Assembly (NCBI GenBank): GCA_040004015.1
Contig: JAMPKS010000051.1
Span: 1 to 32,000, forward strand
Length of the DNA: 32,000 nt
Reading direction: 5' to 3'
Source of the DNA: Microcoleus vaginatus GB1-A2
Lineage (GTDB): Bacteria; Cyanobacteriota; Cyanobacteriia; Cyanobacteriales; Microcoleaceae
The notes under the pieces were generated by a model that was not told where the DNA came from, did not search any database, and worked only from the letters and a program-made list of their open reading frames with translations. Shown here piece by piece: positions 11,882-20,736 of this stretch. The position numbers were made by a program, and so were the translations under genes. Position 1 is the stretch's first letter, and every line of letters begins with the position of its first letter.

Positions 11882-12883
11882 ATGACCAATATTTCAAAAA
11901 AAGCGAAGAAATTGACTCGGCAACCTGCAGAAACAAACACAGAAGTAGATTTGACAGATACTGCTGGTGAAGGTCTATGGATGGAGTCAGGATTTACACT
12001 ATTTGTATGGGGTTTGGCCCTAGTGACAGCGGGCACGCTGTTTTGGATGAGTGCGGTAATTTTTAAAGATGCTTGGCCTGCTATTAGCCAATTTGGACTC
12101 TCATTCTTGTGGAATCCCAAGTGGGATATCGGCGAGTTGCAGTTTGGGGCTTTGCCGTTTATTTACGGTACTGTAATTAGTTCTGCGATCGGCATAATCA
12201 TCGCACTTCCTTTAGGGCTGTCAGTAGCTATAGTTACTAGCGAGAACTTCTTACCCGTTTGGGTGCGATCGCCCTTGGGATTCATGGTTGAATTAATCTC
12301 GGCTATTCCCAGCGTGATAGTGGGGCTGTGGGGAATCTTTGTTTTGATTCCCTTTTTGTTGCCATTGCAGCAGTCATTGTTCGATAATTTCAGTTGGTTT
12401 CCCCTGTTCAGCAGCGAACCTTTAGGCCCCGGAATGTTGCCTGCAGGAATACTGTTATCAATTATGATTTTGCCAACAGTAGCCGCCATCAGCCGCGATG
12501 TATTGATGTCAGTTCCAGTAGATTTGCGCAGTGCTTCCATGTCCCTCGGTGCCACCCGCTGGGAAACGATATTCAAGCTGTTATTGCCAGCAGCTAGTTC
12601 GGGGATTATTGGCGCCACCATATTAGCATTGGGACGCGCCTTAGGCGAAACAATGGCAGTCACAATGGTAATTGGCAACTCGATTCAAATTAACCCATCC
12701 GTGCTTGCTCCCAGCTACTCAATTCCTGCTGTTTTGGCAAGTCAATTTCGGGAAGCTATCGAACCGCTGCACACCGGCGCTTTGATGTATTTAGCCTTAA
12801 TTTTATTTGTGATCACTTTGTTGGTAAATGCGATCGCAGTATTGTTAGTTCAGCTAATTGGCGCCAAGGGAGCTAAAAATTAG
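11882..12883 (+). CDS. pstC: Phosphate ABC transporter permease PstC
   Basis: It is a multi-pass permease with an EAA-like loop (ASMSLGATRWETIFKLLLP). ATG 11882 is preferred because the track extension from 11777 covers a hairpin repeat. Confidence 0.88.
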   Translation: MTNISKKAKKLTRQPAETNTEVDLTDTAGEGLWMESGFTLFVWGLALVTAGTLFWMSAVIFKDAWPAISQFGLSFLWNPKWDIGELQFGALPFIYGTVISSAIGIIIALPLGLSVAIVTSENFLPVWVRSPLGFMVELISAIPSVIVGLWGIFVLIPFLLPLQQSLFDNFSWFPLFSSEPLGPGMLPAGILLSIMILPTVAAISRDVLMSVPVDLRSASMSLGATRWETIFKLLLPAASSGIIGATILALGRALGETMAVTMVIGNSIQINPSVLAPSYSIPAVLASQFREAIEPLHTGALMYLALILFVITLLVNAIAVLLVQLIGAKGAKN

Positions 12884-12940
12884 CATCATCGAAAGCAATT
12901 TGGTCACAAGCCGCGCCGCCGGACTTATGCGCTGGTTCAA

Positions 12941-12968
12941 TCTCAAATCTCAAATCTCAAATCTCAAA
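12941..12968. repeat. Heptamer TCTCAAA x4
   Basis: Read directly in the pstC-pstA spacer, ending 5 nt before the pstA ATG. Confidence 0.9.
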
Positions 12969-12972
12969 TCGC

Positions 12973-13953
12973 ATGACTCAAGCACAAAATTCAAACAGTA
13001 TTCTGGATGCAGAAATTAACAATCCCCTGTCGCTAAGCAGAACTTTTTTCAGCCGGGGAATGACAGTTATCGCTTTCGCTCTGACAGCTCTCGCCCTGCT
13101 CCCTTTGTTTGCTATTTTATACAAAATTTTGGGGGAAGGACTCACACATTTGAGCTGGGAAGTGCTAGTGTCTCTACCAGCACCCGTCGGAGTAGAAGAC
13201 CAGCCCAACGGCTTTGCAAATGCGATTCTCGGCACGGCTTTAATGGTGGGAATTGCTACATTAATCAGCGTACCCATAGGCGTAATGACGGGAATATTTT
13301 TGTCGGAGTTTGGTAGAGAAAACAAAGCGATTACCAATACTATTCGCTTTATCACCGTCATTCTCAGCAGCGTCCCTTCGATCGTAGTTGGCGTCTTTTC
13401 CTACGCCTTAATCGTCGTTACCACCAAAGCATTTTCATCATTAGCAGGCGGTTTTGCCCTCGGCATCATCATGCTTCCAGTTGTTGCTCTGACAACAGAA
13501 CAAGCATTAAAATTAGTGCCTACTTCTTACCGCCTCGCTTCTGCTGGTTTGGGAGGCGGACGCTTTCAAACTATGTTTCGCATTATCATACCCTCAGCAC
13601 TTCCAACTATTACCACGGGTATTTTACTCGCTGCTTCCCGGGCCGCCGGCGAAACCGCGCCGCTGATTGTAACGGCGTTGTCGAGTCAATTTTGGCCTCC
13701 TTTAGTTGATAAAGTGGGCGAGATAATGCAGTCTCCTATAGGTGCAGAAACTATCTCAAAACTCAAAGAAATTCCCGAGACACTGCTGACTCCGACTCCT
13801 TCTATGTCAGTATTAATATATAGCTACGCCAGCTCTCCTTATAAAGAGCAGAACGAATTGGCGTGGACTGCTGCCTCTGTGCTTTTGGGCATGGTTTTGA
13901 TTGCTAGCGTCGCATCCCGTACAGTAACTCGGAAACGCTTGCAAAATCGATAA
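12973..13953 (+). CDS. pstA: Phosphate ABC transporter permease PstA
   Basis: It is a multi-pass permease with an EAA-like loop (ASAGLGGGRFQTMFRIIIP) at the expected operon position. Confidence 0.88.
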   Translation: MTQAQNSNSILDAEINNPLSLSRTFFSRGMTVIAFALTALALLPLFAILYKILGEGLTHLSWEVLVSLPAPVGVEDQPNGFANAILGTALMVGIATLISVPIGVMTGIFLSEFGRENKAITNTIRFITVILSSVPSIVVGVFSYALIVVTTKAFSSLAGGFALGIIMLPVVALTTEQALKLVPTSYRLASAGLGGGRFQTMFRIIIPSALPTITTGILLAASRAAGETAPLIVTALSSQFWPPLVDKVGEIMQSPIGAETISKLKEIPETLLTPTPSMSVLIYSYASSPYKEQNELAWTAASVLLGMVLIASVASRTVTRKRLQNR

Positions 13954-14009
13954 ATCAATAACTAAAGTGCATCTATCCGTCAAATATTAACAATATAACC
14001 AGGCAAATA

Positions 14010-14861
14010 ATGAAACCTAAAGCTAACTTGAAATCCGAAAATCCTACAGATAAATTCCTAGAAGATGCTACCCCAGAAATTGACCCCAATGCAATGCCAG
14101 CACTGCGGGTTCAGGACTTGAGTTTTTATTACGGAACTCACAAAGTCTTAGAAAATTTATCGATGAATATCCCTCATCCGCAAATTACGGCTATTATTGG
14201 GCCTTCAGGTTGCGGCAAATCTACCTTTCTCAAAGCTCTCAACCGGATTGGTGAATTGGAGGGAAAGGTTCAAATTAAAGGAAGAGTAGAGTTTTTTGGA
14301 CAGGATATTTACAGCCCGAAAGTAAACATTAATAGTTTGCGCCGCCAAATTGGGATGGTGTTTCAAAGACCAAATCCTTTTCCGCTGAGCATCTACGATA
14401 ATATTGCTTACGGGGTGAGGATTTTTGGTCGCAAAAGCAAAGCAGAATTAGATGAAATTGTGGAATCTGCACTCAAAAGTGCGGCGCTTTGGAATGAAGT
14501 CAAAGACGATTTGAAGAAATCGGCTCAGGGGATTTCGGGAGGACAGCAGCAGCGACTTTGTATTGCTCGCGCTTTGGCTGTGAAGCCAAAAATTTTGCTG
14601 ATGGATGAACCTTGTTCTGCTCTCGATCCGATTTCAACGATGAAGATTGAGGAGTTATTTCAGACTCTACGCCAGCAGTTAACTGTTGTGATTGTGACGC
14701 ACAATATGCAGCAGGCTGCTCGCGTTTCTGATTACACGGCATTTTTTAATACAGATGAAAGTCGCATCGGCCGCATGGTTGAATTTGGGCCGACAAGTAA
14801 GATTTTTACTTCGGCGGGCAATTCGAGTACGAGAGATTACATTCAAGGCCGTTTCGGTTAA
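14010..14861 (+). CDS. pstB: Phosphate import ATP-binding protein PstB
   Basis: GPSGCGKST, ISGGQQQRLCIARAL, LLMDEP and VTHNMQQAARVSD, a typical PstB sequence. Confidence 0.93.
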   Translation: MKPKANLKSENPTDKFLEDATPEIDPNAMPALRVQDLSFYYGTHKVLENLSMNIPHPQITAIIGPSGCGKSTFLKALNRIGELEGKVQIKGRVEFFGQDIYSPKVNINSLRRQIGMVFQRPNPFPLSIYDNIAYGVRIFGRKSKAELDEIVESALKSAALWNEVKDDLKKSAQGISGGQQQRLCIARALAVKPKILLMDEPCSALDPISTMKIEELFQTLRQQLTVVIVTHNMQQAARVSDYTAFFNTDESRIGRMVEFGPTSKIFTSAGNSSTRDYIQGRFG

Positions 14862-14894
14862 TACCAGGGTTTTTTCCTGTCTCTCAGTCGCTAT

Positions 14895-15178
14895 ATTCCG
14901 ACAGGGGCTTAAGTCCCTGTCTCACCGTTAAAGTCCTCTTAAGAGGACTATGAAATAGTAATAGTATTTGAGTTATATCAAATCCGTTAGTATCGGAATT
15001 ATTCATCTCTCTGTTCTCTTCCTCTGCGTTCTCTGCGTACTCTGCGGTTTAATCATTCCAATGCAAGCGGAATTGATATTAGTGTTGACTCAGATTGGGA
15101 AACATTATCAATAAGTATTTCAGTCCTCCTAGCTGGGGACTTGATTTTTGAGGCGGGGGTTTAGACCCCTGCCGGAAT
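14895..15178. repeat. ~285-bp element with nested inverted repeats (MITE-like or structured RNA)
   Basis: The outer arms attccgacaggggcttaagtccc (14895-14917) and ggggtttagacccctgccggaat (15156-15178) match in 18 of 23 positions when inverted. Inner pairs are agtcctcttaagaggact (14932-14949) / agtcctcctagctggggact (15122-15141) and atatcaaatccg (14975-14986) / cggaattgatat (15069-15080). Confidence 0.5.
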
Positions 15179-15243
15179 TATTGCAAATATTACTAGATGT
15201 AACCTAATATCAGTATGGCACTGAACAGAAAACCGCTATATTT

Positions 15244-16512
15244 ATGTCTTCACCACTTCTTAAGCGAGAGTTAGGTGTTTTCGGCGCTACTCTGATGGGG
15301 CTGGGTTCGATTGTGGGCACTGGGGTATTTGTGAGTATCGGCATTGCTGCGGAAGTTGCTGGGCCGGGGGTAATTTTGGCTGTAGGTATTGCAGCTTTTG
15401 TTGCTGTTTGCAATGGCCTTAACAGCGCTCAATTAGCGGCAAATCATCCTGTTAGCGGCGGTACTTATGAATATGGCTACAAATATCTCAATCCTTGGCT
15501 AGGTTTCACTGCCGGCTGGATGTTTTTGTTGGCGAAAACGGCTTCTGCGGCTACTGCTGCTTTGGGTTTTGCGGGGTATTTTTTAAATGCAGTTGGTGTA
15601 GCCGATCGCACTTACCTGATCCTAACAGCTTTAGTCGCCCTCGCCGTTCTCACTTTAATTGTATTGACGGGAATTAGGCGATCGAATATTGCCAATACTG
15701 CCATAGTCTCAGTTACACTTCTATCCTTAGCGGTGTTTGTTGCTGTCGGTTTGCCAGAGGTAAGGTGGGAAATGGCCGCGCTACAGAATCATAGCTCGAT
15801 CGGCTCCATCTTCCAGGCCACCGCCCTGATGTTTGTCGCTTATAGCGGTTACGCCCGCATCACCACAATGAGCGAGGAAGTGCGGGAACCGAGGGAAACC
15901 ATTCCCAAAGCCATAATTTTCACTTTGGTGCTGACAATGCTGCTTTACGTCGGGGTAGCAGTAGTTGTCGCGGGCGCGGGGGGAGCCGATAAATTGTCCT
16001 TGCCAGGCGGCACGGCTGCACCCTTGGAAGTCATCGCCCGGAGTTTCCGAATTCCGGGAGTTTCTCAACTGCTAGCCGTCGGCGCAATTACCGCTATGTT
16101 GGGAGTCTTGCTGAACTTAATTTTAGGGCTCTCGCGCATCTGGCTGGCGATGGGGCGGCGCTTGGATATGCCGAGAGTCTTGGCGCGGCTGAATCCTTCG
16201 GGGACAACGCCTTATGTGGCTGTGGTGGTTGTGGAAGTTACGATCGCACTTTTAATCCTCGTCGGCGATGTCAAAACCACTTGGTCATTTAGCGCTTTTA
16301 GCGTTTTGATATATTACGCTATCACCAACCTCGCCGCGCTGCAACTTTCCCCCGCCGAAAGGCTTTATCCGCAGTGGTTGGCTTGGGTTGGTTTGGGGAA
16401 TTGTCTGTTTCTGGCTTTCTGGGTGGAGAGGCAAATTTGGCTGACAGGATTGGCATTAATTGTCGCCGGTTTAATTTGGCGGGCGATCGTCCGACTCCCG
16501 GCGAGAAACTAG
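15244..16512 (+). CDS. APC-family amino acid/polyamine permease
   Basis: 422 aa with about 12 hydrophobic segments. The N-terminal motif is LGVFGATLMGLGSIVGTGVFV. Confidence 0.85.
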   Translation: MSSPLLKRELGVFGATLMGLGSIVGTGVFVSIGIAAEVAGPGVILAVGIAAFVAVCNGLNSAQLAANHPVSGGTYEYGYKYLNPWLGFTAGWMFLLAKTASAATAALGFAGYFLNAVGVADRTYLILTALVALAVLTLIVLTGIRRSNIANTAIVSVTLLSLAVFVAVGLPEVRWEMAALQNHSSIGSIFQATALMFVAYSGYARITTMSEEVREPRETIPKAIIFTLVLTMLLYVGVAVVVAGAGGADKLSLPGGTAAPLEVIARSFRIPGVSQLLAVGAITAMLGVLLNLILGLSRIWLAMGRRLDMPRVLARLNPSGTTPYVAVVVVEVTIALLILVGDVKTTWSFSAFSVLIYYAITNLAALQLSPAERLYPQWLAWVGLGNCLFLAFWVERQIWLTGLALIVAGLIWRAIVRLPARN

Positions 16513-16554
16513 AATTGTGATAAATTGAAACAGCATCCCGCATTCTAGAGGGCC

Positions 16555-17964
16555 ATGCCCGATCGAACTCCCTTGCTGGCGACTCAAGAATCTCCTGCAT
16601 TCAGCGCCATCAGTCGCTATATCGCTCAAACGCTAATTACCATTCAGGAACAGCATCCCGAATGGATAGCTGAAAAATACAGGAAAACCCCCTGGGCCAA
16701 ACCTGATTTTCAGTCTGTTTTGATTGGAAAATTGACAAAAAGTTTCACAGTAGCCAGCGATACAGATTCCCTGCTGCTGACTGCGAAAAAATATTTACAA
16801 ATTCTGCTGGTTCCAGAATTCGTTAATTCACCTCAATTCAGCAAATTATCTGCCAAAATTCACCAGCTAGCCCAATCTCAAACAGCACCAGCTAAATCAG
16901 AAAACTCAGTTTCGTCAGAACCTCCAACTCCAACAGCCAATCAACCAGCCCCGCTTCCTGTCGGCATTGCTATCTTGCTGCTAGATGTCGAAAACTTGCA
17001 ACTCACCATCGAAACCGAAAAATTCCTAGAGGGAATTTGCCACTATCCCATCCAAATCAAAGTTGCCTTTGCCAACTGGCGCAGCATGGGCAAAAAAGAT
17101 GCCGAATTTCACCAGCGCGGCTATCAACTAATTCACGTCCCCCCCGGCAAAGACAGCGCCGACTTAAAAATGGCTACAGTCGGCGCATCGATTTTCGTAC
17201 ATTATCCCACAGCCAAAGAGATTTTTGTCTGTTCGTCCGATCGCGCCCTCACTCACCTCAGCAACACACTGCAAGCCCACGGATTAACCGTATTTCAAGT
17301 CCGCAAACAAATAGATAAAATCATAGTTTTAAACAGCAAAACCGGACAAGTTGAAACCCATTCCCTCGTAACTATACCGGAAATTACACCCCTAGAACAA
17401 TTAGTTATTCAACTAAAAGAATTGATCAAAAAAGAGCAAAAACGCACCTCAACTCAGTGGATCAAACTTTCTACTGTTTCAGCTTTATTTAGGGAAAATT
17501 ACGGCTTAGTCCTAAATCAAGTTGTTTCTCATCATTTGCTCGGCACTAAAACCAGGGATATCTTTCTAAAATATCCCACCGATTTTGCCCTCCACAAACC
17601 CTCCGAAACTTCTCAAACTTATGTCACTCTTTTTGAAGTCAAACTGCCGCCCCCACCGCCAATACTTAACCAAGAAAATCTAAATAACCACCAGGCAGCA
17701 CCTGCGAAGTTGACAGATATTAATTCTCTGGAAGACTTGGAAAGAGCTCTTGTTAAAATCGTTGGCGACTTAACCGGCAACTCTCCTGAAAATTCTGTAT
17801 TTCTATCCAATGTAGGCAGCGAATTTCACAGACAATACGGCAAACAAATTACCCAAATAATTAAAGATTTTAATCTCGGTAGAAAATTTACTAAATTTTT
17901 GCAATCCTGCGCTTCTCTCCAGCTAAAAAAAGCCGAAAAAGGCTGGCAAGTTTCCCTCAATTAA
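16555..17964 (+). CDS. NYN (LabA-like) / OST-HTH(LOTUS)-like protein, paralog of 8858..10294
   Basis: The NYN core GIAILLLDVENL...FANW...GYQLIHVPPGKDSADLKM...VCSSD aligns with the first paralog along its length. The C-terminal module is LSNVGSEFHRQYGKQITQIIKDFNLGRKFTKFLQS. It has no zinc ribbon. Confidence 0.8.
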   Translation: MPDRTPLLATQESPAFSAISRYIAQTLITIQEQHPEWIAEKYRKTPWAKPDFQSVLIGKLTKSFTVASDTDSLLLTAKKYLQILLVPEFVNSPQFSKLSAKIHQLAQSQTAPAKSENSVSSEPPTPTANQPAPLPVGIAILLLDVENLQLTIETEKFLEGICHYPIQIKVAFANWRSMGKKDAEFHQRGYQLIHVPPGKDSADLKMATVGASIFVHYPTAKEIFVCSSDRALTHLSNTLQAHGLTVFQVRKQIDKIIVLNSKTGQVETHSLVTIPEITPLEQLVIQLKELIKKEQKRTSTQWIKLSTVSALFRENYGLVLNQVVSHHLLGTKTRDIFLKYPTDFALHKPSETSQTYVTLFEVKLPPPPPILNQENLNNHQAAPAKLTDINSLEDLERALVKIVGDLTGNSPENSVFLSNVGSEFHRQYGKQITQIIKDFNLGRKFTKFLQSCASLQLKKAEKGWQVSLN

Positions 17965-18047
17965 TTAAAATTTAAAATATATAAGCATCGCCATTACTAG
18001 CAACTTGAGTTATCATACAATCTGGACGTAAAGAAATGTAAAGGGAT

Positions 18048-18755
18048 ATGCACGACAAAGTTGTGGTTGTGGTGGGTGCGACTGGCGGCATCGGTTCAGC
18101 AGTGGCCCGCAAACTCGCTGATGCGGGTGCGAGGCTAGTGCTCGCCGCCAGAGACAGCAGTAAGTTAGACGCTTTAGCTAGCGAACTTTCAGCAACAGAG
18201 GTACTGTGCGTACCCACAGATATCACCGATTTGCCACAAGTCGAGACGCTGATGCAAAAAGCGGCGGGGCATTTCGGACAAATTGATGCCCTCGTAAACG
18301 CCGCCGGTGCCGGAATTCTCAAGCAGTGGAACAAGTTAGAACCCGCTGATTTAGATGCAATGCTTGACTTGAACTTAAAAGGCAGTTTTTACACGTCTCA
18401 AGCAGCGGCGAATGTGATGAAAGAGCGCAAATCAGGGCACATTTGCAATGTCGTCGGGATTTTGGGCAAGCATTCGATGGCGATGGGAACGGCTTATTGC
18501 GCTTCAAAGTTTGGGGTAGTTGGTTTCAGCAAGTGCATGGCAGATGAGCTGCGACGCTACGGCATTAAGTTTACGCTATTCTATTTTGGCGGGGTGGATT
18601 CTCCGTTTTGGGATCATGTGAGTTTGAAGGTAGACAGGTCAAAAATGCTGAGTACCGAAACTGCCGCAAATGCGATTATGTTTGCTCTTTCGGCTGACCC
18701 GCAAGCTGTGCCGGCGGAGATTAATATTCAGCCGGAAAGTCATTTGTTCTTTTAG
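18048..18755 (+). CDS. SDR-family oxidoreductase
   Basis: GATGGIGSAVA (TGxxxGxG) and the YCASK catalytic motif. Confidence 0.88.
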   Translation: MHDKVVVVVGATGGIGSAVARKLADAGARLVLAARDSSKLDALASELSATEVLCVPTDITDLPQVETLMQKAAGHFGQIDALVNAAGAGILKQWNKLEPADLDAMLDLNLKGSFYTSQAAANVMKERKSGHICNVVGILGKHSMAMGTAYCASKFGVVGFSKCMADELRRYGIKFTLFYFGGVDSPFWDHVSLKVDRSKMLSTETAANAIMFALSADPQAVPAEINIQPESHLFF

Positions 18756-19120
18756 CGATTGAGGAGTGATTTGAAGGCATTCGGGATTCGGCAGCGAAGG
18801 CTGAAAGCAAAAAAAAATATGACATCTTTAAGTTTGAAAACTTGCGCGGAACCTCTATATGTAGGGTGCGCCTCGGCACACCTTACCACTTGATGAAGAC
18901 CTCGCGCCCAAATCTAAGTTATCGCAGACACCGGGTTTCTTTTAATTGCCGACCTATTTCTGCCTTCAGAGGGAGTTAGGGTATTCAATTTTGACGTTAT
19001 TATTAAGCGCGCGCACAAAAAACACATGAAAAATATCCCTTCCTCAGTTCCTCCCTTGAAGTTTCCCACTGAAAATCAGCGGATTATCCATTTTTCACTT
19101 TCCATTTTCAATTATTGATT

Positions 19121-20182
19121 ATGGAGTTCGATCGCATTCACTTTTACGTTGAAAATGCTAAAACATCCCGCGACTGGTTTGTCAGCCGCTTAGGCTTTCA
19201 ATCAACAGCAGGTTATGCCAACAGCCACACTCAAACTGAAGTTGTCAGCAGCGGCAATGTATGTTTTGTTTTATCTTCGCCCCTAACTCCCGCTAGTCCC
19301 GTTGCTACTTGGCTTAAGTTTCATCCTCCCGGGATTGCCGATGTGGGCTTTCGGGTAAAAAATATCGAATTAGCGGTAGCTAGAGCGGCTGCGGCAGGCG
19401 CTAAAATCCTGGAACCGATTCAAGAAGACCTAAAACCAGGAGGCTATTTTAAGCGGGCAAAAATCGCTGGCTGGGGAGATTTAAGCCACACGCTCGTTGA
19501 GCGAATTGGCGACCATTCACTGCTATCAACTTCGGGTAAGCTGCCGCTGTTTACCTTGATTGACCACGTAGTGTTAAATGTGGAATCTGGCGATTTGTCA
19601 AGTGCTGTTAGTTGGTATGAAAAAATATTAGGTTTTCAACCGCAGCAAAATTTTGACATTCAGACTGAGAAATCGGCTTTGCGGAGCCAAGTTATGGTGC
19701 ACGCTGAAGGTGGGGTGCAATTCCCGATTAATGAACCGGCATCAGCTAATTCTCAAATTCAAGAGTTTCTGAGTGCAAATCGGGGGCCGGGTATTCAGCA
19801 CATGGCTTTGCAAACGGATAATATTGTGCGGGTTGTTGCCGATTTGCGATCGCGCGGTTTGCCTTTTCTGCCTGTTCCTCCAACATACTACTCCGAATTG
19901 CAGCAGCGGCAAAACTATTTGCCCGCAGATTGGCAATCTATTGCAGCTTCTGAAGTTTTGGCAGATTGGCAAGAAGATACTCCTGCAGCGATGCTGCTGC
20001 AAATCTTTACCCAACCAATTTTTGCAGAACCCACTTTCTTTTTCGAGATGATTGAGCGGCGAGTTACTTTAGTTAACGGCAAACAGGTGCAAGCTGGAGG
20101 TTTTGGCGCAGGGAATTTTAGAGCTTTGTTTGAGGCAATAGAACGGGAACAAATGAAGAGGGGAAGTTTGATAAATGATTGA
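19121..20182 (+). CDS. hppD: 4-hydroxyphenylpyruvate dioxygenase
   Basis: Two VOC-fold halves, GPGIQHMAL, FFFEMIERR and GFGAGNFRALFEAIEREQ. ATG 19121 (MEFDRIHFYV) is preferred over the track TTG at 19115. Confidence 0.9.
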   Translation: MEFDRIHFYVENAKTSRDWFVSRLGFQSTAGYANSHTQTEVVSSGNVCFVLSSPLTPASPVATWLKFHPPGIADVGFRVKNIELAVARAAAAGAKILEPIQEDLKPGGYFKRAKIAGWGDLSHTLVERIGDHSLLSTSGKLPLFTLIDHVVLNVESGDLSSAVSWYEKILGFQPQQNFDIQTEKSALRSQVMVHAEGGVQFPINEPASANSQIQEFLSANRGPGIQHMALQTDNIVRVVADLRSRGLPFLPVPPTYYSELQQRQNYLPADWQSIAASEVLADWQEDTPAAMLLQIFTQPIFAEPTFFFEMIERRVTLVNGKQVQAGGFGAGNFRALFEAIEREQMKRGSLIND

Positions 20183-20202
20183 TAAAACTTGCAATTTTTA
20201 TG

Positions 20203-20736
20203 TCAGGCGGGCGTGTCGATCAGCACTGCGATATCCTTCCAACCGTAGGCAATTTCTTTGAGTGCAACTCCTGCTCTGCTTGTATGTAGTTCCTCCACTT
20301 TTTCACCTCCTAAAACTTCATAAAACTTGCAGGCTGAATTGTCTCCCAGTACCCAAACCAGCATCGAATTCAAAGTTAATTCTGCCAATTTTGTTGCAAC
20401 CGCTCGCACGAGTTGCCGTCCGATTCCTTGACGCTGATATTCCTCCAAAATATAGATAGCAAATAATTCTCCTTGATATACATATTTGCCTGTTCGCTCG
20501 CAACCGCCCGCAGCAAAACCCACAATTTGTCCCGAGTCATTCTCAGCAACGCAGACAAATACCCCAGTATTTTTGACGTTTGCCAGGATTTCTTGCCAAC
20601 GGGTTTCTCCTTTTTCATAGGACAGTTGCGCGAGGTACTCTGCCGGTACAATTTTTCGGTAAGCTGTCCGCCAAGTATCTAGATTAACCCGTGCGATTGC
20701 AGGTGCGTCAGCGATTTTAGCTTCTCTCACAATCAT
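20203..20736 (-). CDS. GNAT-family N-acetyltransferase
   Basis: The acetyl-CoA motif QRQGIGRQLV sits in a 177-aa protein. Confidence 0.85.
   Translation of the reverse strand: MIVREAKIADAPAIARVNLDTWRTAYRKIVPAEYLAQLSYEKGETRWQEILANVKNTGVFVCVAENDSGQIVGFAAGGCERTGKYVYQGELFAIYILEEYQRQGIGRQLVRAVATKLAELTLNSMLVWVLGDNSACKFYEVLGGEKVEELHTSRAGVALKEIAYGWKDIAVLIDTPA

Noticed and set aside
11772-18886. Short hairpins sharing GTA(A/G)GGTGCGC at 11772-11796 and 18861-18886 as a dispersed repeat family
   Set aside because: There are only two short, imperfect instances in the window. That is too little to define a family without a genome-wide search.
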